Position numbers and translations under genes: made by a program
NCBI GenBank assembly: GCA_017939755.1
Contig: JAGBAJ010000038.1
Span: 79,216-143,215, forward strand
DNA length: 64,000 nucleotides
Source: Clostridia bacterium
GTDB lineage: Bacteria; Bacillota; Clostridia; TANB77; CAG-508
Direction of reading: 5' to 3'
Notes under the pieces: generated by a model
Seen by the model: only the letters and a program-made list of their open reading frames with translations
Database searches by the model: none
What the model was told of the DNA's origin: nothing
Part shown: piece by piece, positions 48,797-57,032 of the stretch
How positions within the stretch are numbered: the stretch's first letter is position 1
Layout of the letters: every line of letters starts with the position of its first letter

Positions 48797-48956
48797 CAAT
48801 TTGTCAGATAAAAAGATAAAATCAAAAAAACCATATATAACTTTTTCAGTTAATATATGGTTAATAATATACATAAGAAATTGGAGAGGAAGAGCTTCAG
48901 TTGCCTGAAATCTCCTCCTAATGCACTCCTAGGGAATTTGCCATGATCCGCAATAC

Positions 48957-49199
48957 TTATTTGATAAGATCGCGGATGAAGTTAATCACTGCAGCTATGC
49001 CGAGGCCAATGATGACCACTGCAATGACCATCTGAATGGTGAAGTTGATTTTTGCGATTTCGTAGATGGACCAAATTGCTGCAAATACTGCCAAAAACGC
49101 GTCGAACACAAGCTTTCTAGCCTTTTTTGAATCTGCAAAACGCAGAATAATGACTTCGATTACGAGTGTAACGACTGTAGCAAGAAGATATCCTGTCAT
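48957..49199 (-). CDS. Small hydrophobic membrane protein (80 aa) in a G+C-rich islet
   Basis: ATG at 49199 preceded by AGGAGG (49215-49210). The product is MTGYLLATVVTLVIEVIIL...MVIAVVIIGLGIAAVINF, with 2-3 TM segments. G+C content and codon usage are visibly atypical for the window. Confidence 0.6.
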   Translation of the reverse strand: MTGYLLATVVTLVIEVIILRFADSKKARKLVFDAFLAVFAAIWSIYEIAKINFTIQMVIAVVIIGLGIAAVINFIRDLIK

Positions 49200-49382
49200 G
49201 GTAAATTCGCCTCCTTTCTCAAGTAAAATCTTACTTCGAGGACCCACCTTGTAGGGTGGTGAAGCGAGTCCCGGTGCATCTCCGGATACATCATTATTAT
49301 AGCACAGTAAATTAATTATGTAAATAGAAAAGACGAAAAATTAACTTTTTTTTTTAAAGGCTCCTATTTGGAAAAAATTGTA

Positions 49383-49411
49383 TTGACAAACAAGGAAAAA
49401 ACTAGTATACT
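49383..49411 (+). promoter_or_regulatory. Putative sigma-A promoter of rpmF
   Basis: TTGACA (49383-49388), 17-nt spacer, TATACT (49406-49411). Confidence 0.55.
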
Positions 49412-49489
49412 CTTAAAGTGATATTTAAACTGTCAAATTATTAGTATACAATATAGATAGATACTAATTGGCAAAGGAGGGAATAGAAA

Positions 49490-49681
49490 ATGGCACAACC
49501 AAAAAGAAGATGGTCTAAAGCTAGAACACATTTAAAAAGATCAACATGGACTTTAAAAGCAAGAAATTTAGTAGAATGTCCACATTGTCATGAATTAATT
49601 GAGCAACATAGAGTATGTCCAGCTTGCGGATATTATGATGGAGAAAAAGTTGTTAGCGTAAAAAGCGATAATAATGAATAA
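49490..49681 (+). CDS. rpmF: 50S ribosomal protein L32 (zinc-ribbon form)
   Basis: MAQPKRRWSKARTHLKR... and CPHCH...CPACG. Confidence 0.9.
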   Translation: MAQPKRRWSKARTHLKRSTWTLKARNLVECPHCHELIEQHRVCPACGYYDGEKVVSVKSDNNE

Positions 49682-49691
49682 TAATAAAAAT

Positions 49692-49714
49692 CAGCATGTA
49701 AATGCTGTTTTTTT
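49692..49714 (+). terminator. Rho-independent terminator of rpmF
   Basis: Stem CAGCAT / ATGCTG with a GTAA loop, then a T7 run. Confidence 0.7.
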
Positions 49715-49893
49715 GCTCTAAGAAAGAATTTGTTTATAACTTTTAATATACTGCTATTGTTGCAAATAGTTGCTCTAAACAGAAGAAAATGGTATAATGA
49801 TGGATAATGTTTACAGAGATATTCTATCAAGTTTTGTAAAAATGATAAATTATTTAATGTGCAAAGCTATTAACCAAGAAAAGGAGAATAAGT

Positions 49894-52125
49894 ATGAGAG
49901 TATTAATATACGAAGGTAAGGAATTTAGGTCTATTAGTCAACTTGCTGCATACACGGGAATAGAAAGATCAAGATTAAGTAGAGCAATACAAAAGAATAC
50001 AGATACTCCGATAGAAGATATTATAGCCACTTTAAAAGTTACTAAAACATATACTTATAATGGAAAAGAATATGATTCAATTAGGTCTGCTGCAGATGAT
50101 TTAAAATTAAATAAAAATACACTATCTAAGTATCTAAAATTAGCAAACGATAACTTAGAAGCAGCTATGGAGTTATTCCACAAAGAGCATACTTTTGCTA
50201 CAATAGATGGTGTTAGGTATTCCTCTGCTGAAAAATTAGCACATAAACTAGGAGTTAACAACATTACGCTTACTAAATATATAAACAAAAGTGCAACTAT
50301 CGAGGAGGCAGTTCAAGCAATAATAAGTATGAAAAATAAATATGTTTGGAGAGGAAAATCGTACGAGAGTGATTCTAGCCTGGCGCGTGCAATGGGAATG
50401 TCACGACCTACACTTCTTAGACTTATCGAAAAAAATGAGAGGATGAGTTTAGACGATATATATGAGTTATATCATTCTAGAAATGACGGAAAATTTAAAG
50501 GATATACATATGGAGGAAAAGAATATTCTTCATTAAGAGGTATGCTTACAGATTTAGATATCTCTCCTCAAAGATATTACGGAAAAATCGAAGAATGTGG
50601 TGGTGATATGGAAAAGGCTATAGAGCTACTACTTGAAGAAAATGAAGAAAGAAAACATAAAGCTGAAGAAAAATTAAAATCAGAATTAGAGCAAAAAGCT
50701 CTAATGGAAAAGAAAAAAATAGAGGCTCCAGTGTACACATTTAATGGGGAGGAATATCAGTCTATAGCGGCATTATCAAGAGCAGTTGGGATTAGTGAAA
50801 CCACGATAAAAAGATTATTAGTTGAATACGGTAATGACTTAGATGCAGCCATAAAAGATAGAGCAGAAAATAAAATTATATACAACTATCAAGGTGTAGA
50901 ATATCCTAGCATAAAGGCTTTGTCTGCTGCCACAGGAATAAAAGAGCTAAGACTAGGAAGATATATACGAAAATATAATCGTGATGCTGAAAAAGCAATT
51001 TTTATGATCAAACTAAGAGATTCTAGACTAAAAGCTAATAAAGAGAAAGATTCAGATATAAATATTCAAGATATAGCAATTATATTAGGTATTAAACGTA
51101 GAGATTTAGAAACATTACTTAATAGTGGGATGTCCATTGATGAGATAAAAGATAGTTTATCCAGAGGAGATTTATCTGTAGCTGAAAGAGGTATCAGAGC
51201 AAAAAAAGTAATGTATGATGAAAAACAAAGTTTGCATGAATATTGTGTAGAGCATGGTTTGAACTATAGTTGTATATATTATGCAATGACAACCTATGGA
51301 AAGACTAAGGAACAAGCAATACAAAACTATAAGGAAAATGGACAAAAAATACCGACTGCATGGATTTATGAAAGATATGGAGTTTTACTAAAACATTTAT
51401 TACTTTCAGAAAATATAGATTCAAAAAAAATTATTGCACATATGCGTGTATTTGGTACTTCTTTAGAGGAGGCAATTGAAAACTATATAATTGATGATAT
51501 CTCCAAAGAAAGAGATTTAGATAAATTTTGGCAACGCGAAGTATATTCAGCTCTTACATTAGATATTTTTTCTGAGGATGAAAAAAATGATTTTATAAAA
51601 GAGTTTAGGATAAATTCAGATGAGATACAGGCTACAGAAGATTGTAAAGCAAGAATTGACCAAGTAAAAAGAAAGATGCTTCTTTACGAAATGTCTGAAT
51701 GTATACAAGAGGAACTATTTACTAAAACTGAAATGGCTACAATTATGCGTATGTACAATATATCTGCAGATGAACTTGAAACAATTTTCTTGGAGTTATA
51801 TTCTAAATTTGATAATAAAGTATTATTAGGTAGTGAGCAAGATGAGTTAACGAGAAGAAGGCAGATAATACAATATATAAAGGAATTACCAAGTTATTCT
51901 GAAGAGAATATTAGTGATTTACGAGCAAAAGTTTCTGAGGATGAGTATAAACATATTATAGAAACGTCAAATTTAATTCAGACATACAAAGAAGCGGTTA
52001 CTACTGATGCAGATTTATTAAAGCTTATGAGATCCACTGTACGTGATAATATATCAACTAATGTAGAAACAAGAAAAGAGTTATCTAAATCAATTGAACC
52101 AAAAGATAAAATAGTTAAAAGATAG
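49894..52125 (+). CDS. Hypothetical 743-aa protein made of tandem NUMOD1-like HTH modules
   Basis: At least 7 repeats of about 49 aa, Y.Y.GKEY.S...LA...GI....L.RYI.K.....E.AI (for example YTYNGKEYDSIRSAADDLKLNKNTLSKYLK and YTFNGEEYQSIAALSRAVGISETTIKRLL), plus degenerate copies. No nuclease motif was seen. Confidence 0.65.
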   Translation: MRVLIYEGKEFRSISQLAAYTGIERSRLSRAIQKNTDTPIEDIIATLKVTKTYTYNGKEYDSIRSAADDLKLNKNTLSKYLKLANDNLEAAMELFHKEHTFATIDGVRYSSAEKLAHKLGVNNITLTKYINKSATIEEAVQAIISMKNKYVWRGKSYESDSSLARAMGMSRPTLLRLIEKNERMSLDDIYELYHSRNDGKFKGYTYGGKEYSSLRGMLTDLDISPQRYYGKIEECGGDMEKAIELLLEENEERKHKAEEKLKSELEQKALMEKKKIEAPVYTFNGEEYQSIAALSRAVGISETTIKRLLVEYGNDLDAAIKDRAENKIIYNYQGVEYPSIKALSAATGIKELRLGRYIRKYNRDAEKAIFMIKLRDSRLKANKEKDSDINIQDIAIILGIKRRDLETLLNSGMSIDEIKDSLSRGDLSVAERGIRAKKVMYDEKQSLHEYCVEHGLNYSCIYYAMTTYGKTKEQAIQNYKENGQKIPTAWIYERYGVLLKHLLLSENIDSKKIIAHMRVFGTSLEEAIENYIIDDISKERDLDKFWQREVYSALTLDIFSEDEKNDFIKEFRINSDEIQATEDCKARIDQVKRKMLLYEMSECIQEELFTKTEMATIMRMYNISADELETIFLELYSKFDNKVLLGSEQDELTRRRQIIQYIKELPSYSEENISDLRAKVSEDEYKHIIETSNLIQTYKEAVTTDADLLKLMRSTVRDNISTNVETRKELSKSIEPKDKIVKR

Positions 52126-52152
52126 TTTAATTGTTACGCAAGGAGGAGTGTT

Positions 52153-52500
52153 ATGTTAGATAGTAGAGCATACACCGAAGTGAATGCTATAATTAGTGCC
52201 TTATCTATACACAAAAGGAATAAAATTCCAGAGAAAGTAAGAGCTAATATAAAGCAAAAGATGGATAAGAGCTATGTATTTACCATTGATTGTAATGATA
52301 TAAAAAATACAATACTATTAGAAGATACAAAGAAAATTTTATCTGTATTATATGTTGATTATTTTTCAACATATGCAGAGCGAGAAATAGCTACTAAGAT
52401 TGAAAAAGATAGATATTTAAAAGAAGAGCAATTAAAATTAAAAAGATTTCCTATTGATGTTTTTGAAAAGAGAATAAAAAAGTATCGCGGAAATGGATAA
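52153..52500 (+). CDS. Hypothetical small protein, paralog of 43578-43994
   Basis: AAGGAGG SD. The N-terminal 75 aa align with the ligA-linked small protein. Confidence 0.65.
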   Translation: MLDSRAYTEVNAIISALSIHKRNKIPEKVRANIKQKMDKSYVFTIDCNDIKNTILLEDTKKILSVLYVDYFSTYAEREIATKIEKDRYLKEEQLKLKRFPIDVFEKRIKKYRGNG

Positions 52501-52502
52501 AA

Positions 52503-52722
52503 TGTTACAATTTACAGCTAATAAGATCTTGTTAGAATTTAAAGATATAATATCAATTTATGAGTTCCACCCCAACTGCAGAGAATAAGTAATTGTTGCT
52601 TTGCTGTACGCTTGCAACATTCACTTATTCTACTTTGTTGGTCCCCGCCTTAATTTCACATCATAAATTGATATTATATCTTTAAAGTTTTATATATTGC
52701 TATTTAGCTGTGAATTGTAACA
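52503..52722 (+). repeat. Family R palindromic MITE-like element (copy R4, variant core)
   Basis: TIRs TGTTACAATTTACAGCT / AGCTGTGAATTGTAACA. Core CCACCCCAACTGCAGAGAATAAGT...ACTTATTCTACTTTGTTGGTCCCCGCCTTAATTTCA. Confidence 0.85.
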
Positions 52723-52808
52723 CTAAAATAATTGCATACAAAATTTTTATATTTTAGAGTTGTTTTTGTATATTCAGATATAATATAATGTAAGAAAAAG
52801 CAGGAATA

Positions 52809-52876
52809 GTGTGAAAGATAATTGATTTTCCAATTTGTTCTACAAGATTTGTGCTTGGAAGGAATGGAGGATTTGT
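52809..52876 (+). repeat. Family A short form plus SD module (copy A4)
   Basis: GTGTGAAAGATAATTGATTTTCCAATTTGTTCTACAAGATTTGTGCTTGGAAGGAATGGAGG. Confidence 0.7.
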
Positions 52877-53437
52877 ATGAAAAAAGTTGCAATAATGTTA
52901 GCCGATGGTTTTGAAGAGATAGAAGCATTATCACCATTTGATGTGTTAAAAAGAGCAGAAATTAAATGTGATTTCATAAGCATAAAAAGTGATTTATATG
53001 TAAAAGGAGCCCATGGTGTTGTTGTTAAATCTGATAGATTACTTGAAGAAGCAAGTGAATTAAAGGAATACGACATGATTATTTTACCTGGAGGGATGCC
53101 TGGTGCAAAATACCTATCAGAAAATGAGAAGGTATTATCTATTATAAAATCGTTTGATATGGGAGGAAAGTTAATTGCAGCAATATGTGCATCTCCAGCC
53201 CTAGTCTTGACAAAAGCAAATATCGTAAATAATAAGAGGGTAACATGTTACCCTGGTATGGAAGAGAATTTCAATAATTCTATTTATGTGAAAGAAAATG
53301 TGGTTGTTGATGGAAATATAATAACTAGTAGGGGACCTGCAACAGCTTTAGAATTTTCTTATAAATTAGTAGAAATTTTAGGATATGATCCAGAAAGTAT
53401 AAAGGGTGGTATGTTATATAAGCAGAAAATTGACTAA
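52877..53437 (+). CDS. DJ-1/PfpI (ThiJ) family protein
   Basis: MKKVAIMLADGFEEIE... and AAICASPALVL (nucleophile-elbow Cys). Confidence 0.88.
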   Translation: MKKVAIMLADGFEEIEALSPFDVLKRAEIKCDFISIKSDLYVKGAHGVVVKSDRLLEEASELKEYDMIILPGGMPGAKYLSENEKVLSIIKSFDMGGKLIAAICASPALVLTKANIVNNKRVTCYPGMEENFNNSIYVKENVVVDGNIITSRGPATALEFSYKLVEILGYDPESIKGGMLYKQKID

Positions 53438-53487
53438 TTTGCGATTTTGTTATAAAATAGAAAAAAATATTTTTATAGGAGGAATAA

Positions 53488-54813
53488 ATGGCTAAACCAG
53501 TAGTTGCAATTGTTGGTAGACCTAATGTTGGAAAATCTACTTTTTTTAATTATATAGTTGGAAAAAGAATTTCAATAGTAGAAGATACACCAGGTGTTAC
53601 AAGAGATAGAATATACGCCGAAGCAAATTGGCGCGGCATGGATTTTACAGTTATAGATACAGGTGGAATTGAACCAGAATCAGAAGACTTAATTGTAACT
53701 CAAATGAGAAATCAAGCAGACATAGCAATAAGTATGGCGGATGTAATTGTTTTTGTTACAGATATGAAAGCAGGAATTACTAGTGCAGATAATGAAATTG
53801 CATTAATGCTTAGAAAATCAAAGAAACCAATAGTATTAATATGTAATAAAGCTGATAACTTTGGAAGAACTCAAGATGATATATATGAATTTTATAATTT
53901 AGGACTGGGAGATCCATATCCAGTGTCTGCCAAAAATGCATTAGGAATTGGTGATGCATTAGATGCAATATATAATCAATTACCAAAGAATGAGAGCGAA
54001 AATGACGATAGTGATGTTATTAAGGTTGCGTTGATTGGTAAACCAAATGTGGGAAAGTCCTCTCTTATAAATAAGATTCTTGGAGAAAATAGAGTTATTG
54101 TAAGTAATATTGCAGGAACAACACGAGATGCAATAGACTCAGAATTTGAAAATGACTATGGAAAATATGTCTTTATTGACACAGCAGGTATTAGAAGAAA
54201 AAGCAAAGTTACAGAGAGCATAGAGCGATATAGTGTAATGAGAACTAGTCTTGCAATTGAAAGAGCAGATGTATGTGTGTTTATGATAGATGCAAACGAA
54301 GGTGTAACAGACCAAGATGCAAAGATAGCAGGTGAAGCACATGAAGCAGGAAAAGGTGTTATTATTGCAGTAAACAAATGGGATGAATATGAAAAGAGCA
54401 ATAATGCTACAGAAAAATACAAAAAAGAAATATATGACAAATTATCATATTTATCATATGCACCTATTATGTTTATCTCTGCTAAAACCGGACAAAGAGT
54501 AGAAAAGTTATATGAAATGATAAATATTGTAGCTAGTCAAAATGCCTTAAGAGTGTCAACAGCTGTATTAAACCAGGTTCTTAACGAGGCTATAGCAATT
54601 GTTCAACCTCCAACAGATAAAGGAAAGAGGTTAAAAATATTTTATATGACTCAAGCATCAACAAAGCCACCTACATTTGTTGTATTTGTAAATGATAAAA
54701 AGTTATTCCATTTTTCATATGAGAGATATTTGGTAAACCAATTAAGAAAAGAATTTGTCTTGACTGGAACACCAATTAGAGTTATTGTAAGAGAAAAGAA
54801 AGATAAAGAATAA
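53488..54813 (+). CDS. der: Ribosome biogenesis GTPase Der (EngA)
   Basis: Two GTPase domains (GRPNVGKST and GKPNVGKSS, each with DTGG/DTAG and NKAD/NKWD) plus a KH-like C-terminus. Confidence 0.96.
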   Translation: MAKPVVAIVGRPNVGKSTFFNYIVGKRISIVEDTPGVTRDRIYAEANWRGMDFTVIDTGGIEPESEDLIVTQMRNQADIAISMADVIVFVTDMKAGITSADNEIALMLRKSKKPIVLICNKADNFGRTQDDIYEFYNLGLGDPYPVSAKNALGIGDALDAIYNQLPKNESENDDSDVIKVALIGKPNVGKSSLINKILGENRVIVSNIAGTTRDAIDSEFENDYGKYVFIDTAGIRRKSKVTESIERYSVMRTSLAIERADVCVFMIDANEGVTDQDAKIAGEAHEAGKGVIIAVNKWDEYEKSNNATEKYKKEIYDKLSYLSYAPIMFISAKTGQRVEKLYEMINIVASQNALRVSTAVLNQVLNEAIAIVQPPTDKGKRLKIFYMTQASTKPPTFVVFVNDKKLFHFSYERYLVNQLRKEFVLTGTPIRVIVREKKDKE

Positions 54814-54837
54814 ACAAAAGAAGGAGTGAATGGTATT

Positions 54838-55464
54838 ATGGCAATTTATATAATAATGGCTGTTATTGCGTATGCAATAGGAAGTATAAACTTTTCTATT
54901 ATATTTAGTAAAAAGTTTGCAGGTTTTGATGTTAGAGAAAAAGGAAGTGGCAATGCTGGAACAACAAATATGCTTCGAAGTGTTGGAAAGGGATTAGCAG
55001 CATTAACACTTATATGTGATATTCTAAAAGGTGTTATTTCAATTCTAATTGCAATTGGAATTGGAAAAATTGCAAAAGATATTAAACCAGAAATTGTTGT
55101 TCAAGTAGCAGGTATATTTGCAATTATTGGACATACATTTCCAGTATATTTTGGATTTAAAGGTGGAAAAGGTGTTGCAACATCACTAGGAATATTATTA
55201 TTAACAAATTGGCAAATAGGATTAATATGTATGGTATTTGCATTAGTATTAATGATTTTGACAAGAATGGTTTCATTAGGATCAATAATGGCTGCAGTAC
55301 TATTTCCAATTCTAACAATATTTATAACAGATAATTATATTGTAGAAGGAAATTATATTATATTTGGCTTAATAATGGCTTTAATAGTAATATTTAATCA
55401 TAGATCAAACATAAAGAGAATATACAATGGAGAAGAAAACAGATTAAGTTTAAAGAAATCATAA
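54838..55464 (+). CDS. plsY: Glycerol-3-phosphate acyltransferase PlsY
   Basis: GSGNAGTTN, HTFPVYFGFKGGKGVAT, 5-6 TM segments. Alternative GTG at 54826. Confidence 0.93.
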   Translation: MAIYIIMAVIAYAIGSINFSIIFSKKFAGFDVREKGSGNAGTTNMLRSVGKGLAALTLICDILKGVISILIAIGIGKIAKDIKPEIVVQVAGIFAIIGHTFPVYFGFKGGKGVATSLGILLLTNWQIGLICMVFALVLMILTRMVSLGSIMAAVLFPILTIFITDNYIVEGNYIIFGLIMALIVIFNHRSNIKRIYNGEENRLSLKKS

Positions 55465-55469
55465 ATTAG

Positions 55470-55568
55470 AAATTAGGGACGGGGTTCAATTTTAAATAAT
55501 TTAAATTGGGGACGGGGTTCAATTCTAAATAATTTGAATAAGGGACGGAGTTCAATATTAAAGTATTT
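55470..55568 (+). repeat. Three tandem 33-bp direct repeats
   Basis: AAATTAGGGACGGGGTTCAATTTTAAATAATTT, AAATTGGGGACGGGGTTCAATTCTAAATAATTT, and GAATAAGGGACGGAGTTCAATATTAAAGTATTT, with a partial fourth unit to about 55587. Confidence 0.85.
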
Positions 55569-55596
55569 AAATAAGGATGTTCTCGTGTACAAAACT

Positions 55597-55636
55597 AAAA
55601 TCAGAATATAGATATGTATTCTGATTTTATATTTTT
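55597..55636 (+). terminator. Rho-independent terminator after plsY
   Basis: 12-bp stem AAAATCAGAATA / TATTCTGATTTT, then ATATTTTT. Confidence 0.75.
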
Positions 55637-55842
55637 CTTGATATTTTAGGGCTCAAATAGTACAATATTAGTGTCAAAATAAGAAATTTTATAATTTATT
55701 AGGGTTATAATATTGATGCGATTTATTAATACAAAGAATTTTATTTTTGCATAAGTAAAGAGAAAGGTAAAATTTTAAACGAAGAATAGGATATATTTGG
55801 AATTTCAAAAGTTCAAATGAAGCATGTCCCTAGTTTTAAAAA

Positions 55843-55869
55843 TTTAAAATTGAACCCCGTCCCTAATTT
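55843..55869 (-). repeat. Inverted copy of the 33-bp repeat unit
   Basis: TTTAAAATTGAACCCCGTCCCTAATTT is the exact reverse complement of 27 nt of unit 1. It lies 23 nt upstream of the gpsA ATG. Confidence 0.8.
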
Positions 55870-55891
55870 AAATAGAAAGGAAGAAATTTTT

Positions 55892-56881
55892 ATGAAAAAT
55901 ATTGCGATAATAGGAAGTGGAAGTTGGGGAGTTGCATTAGGAATGCACCTTGCAAGACTTGGAAATAATGTTAAGATATGGTCTTTTGAAAAAGAAGAGG
56001 CTGATTTAATAAATAACGAAAAGAAATGTAAGTTTTTACCAAATATTACCTTACCAGATAATATAATATGCTCTTTAGACTATAAAGAGGTGATTGAAGG
56101 TTCTGATTTAATTTTGCATGTTACGCCATCAAAATTTACGAGAAACATTGTTAAAGACTACAAGGATTTTGTTGATGTGAAGAAACAACCAATAATAGTT
56201 TGTTCAAAGGGGTTAGAGCTTTCAACACTTTCAATTTTAACTGATGTAATTAAAGAAGAAATTCCAAGTGCAATGGTTGGAGCTTTATCTGGACCAAGTC
56301 ATGCAGAAGAGGTTTCTGTAGGAATGCCAACAGTACTTGTTAGTGCATCAGAGGATAAATTCGTTAGAAACTTCGTTCAAGATTTATTTATGGATAAAAA
56401 CATGAGAGTATATACATCAGACGATGTTATTGGTGTTGAATATGGATCAGCTTTAAAAAATATCATTGCTTTTTGTGCTGGAGCTGCAATTGCCTTAGGT
56501 TGTGGTGATAATACATATGCAGCACTACTTACAAGGGGTTTGGCAGAAATTGCTAGACTGGGAGAGAAGGTAGGAGCTAAGAAAGAAACTTTCTTTGGAC
56601 TTACAGGATTAGGTGATTTAATTGTAACTTGTGGGAGTGAGCATAGCAGAAATAGAAAGGCAGGAAAACTTGTTGGTCAAGGATTATCTTTGGATGAAGT
56701 GAAAAAAGAAGTTGGAATGGTAATTGAAAGTATTGATAATATTGAAGCTGCATATATGTTAAAAGAAAAATATAATGTTGAAATGCCAATTGTTGATGAA
56801 GTATATAATGTTTTATACAATGGTGAAAATCCACAAGATGCAGTATATAAATTAATGCAAAGAGACAAGAAGGCTGAGTAG
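55892..56881 (+). CDS. gpsA: NAD(P)H-dependent glycerol-3-phosphate dehydrogenase
   Basis: MKNIAIIGSGSWG Rossmann motif, LSGPSHAEEV, NIIAFCAG. The upstream 25 codons of the ORF track run through the repeat. Confidence 0.95.
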   Translation: MKNIAIIGSGSWGVALGMHLARLGNNVKIWSFEKEEADLINNEKKCKFLPNITLPDNIICSLDYKEVIEGSDLILHVTPSKFTRNIVKDYKDFVDVKKQPIIVCSKGLELSTLSILTDVIKEEIPSAMVGALSGPSHAEEVSVGMPTVLVSASEDKFVRNFVQDLFMDKNMRVYTSDDVIGVEYGSALKNIIAFCAGAAIALGCGDNTYAALLTRGLAEIARLGEKVGAKKETFFGLTGLGDLIVTCGSEHSRNRKAGKLVGQGLSLDEVKKEVGMVIESIDNIEAAYMLKEKYNVEMPIVDEVYNVLYNGENPQDAVYKLMQRDKKAE

Positions 56882-56897
56882 GAATTTAGTGAAGTTT

Positions 56898-57028
56898 TAG
56901 GGATGGTTCTCTTGTCTAAAGATTTGGACGTTGAAGAATTGAAACTTTTAAAGAAAAAATGGACAATGGAACTGTTCATATGTCCAGAAAATTTGGAAAA
57001 ATGGACAAGAGAGCCGTTCCCTTGTCCA
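56898..57028. repeat. Inverted/direct repeat cluster in the gpsA / GH57 convergent spacer
   Basis: TAGGGATGGTTCTCTTGTC (56898-56916) pairs with GACAAGAGAGCCGTTCCCT (57004-57022). Direct repeats are AAAAATGGACAATGGAACTGTTCATATGTCCA and AAAAATGGACAAGAGAGCCGTTCCCTTGTCCA, each with an internal hairpin. Confidence 0.7.
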
Positions 57029-57032
57029 TTTT

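Noticed and set aside
49200-49290. A guanidine-III or other known riboswitch upstream of the 80-aa membrane protein.
   Set aside because: CCGGAGATGCACCGGGAC only superficially resembles the CCGGACGAGGTGCGCC...CCGG pseudoknot consensus. The 3' pairing partner is absent. It is kept only as an unassigned structured leader.
55470-55587. A CRISPR array.
   Set aside because: The 33-bp units are directly adjacent with no spacers, there are only 3.5 copies, and no cas genes are in the window.
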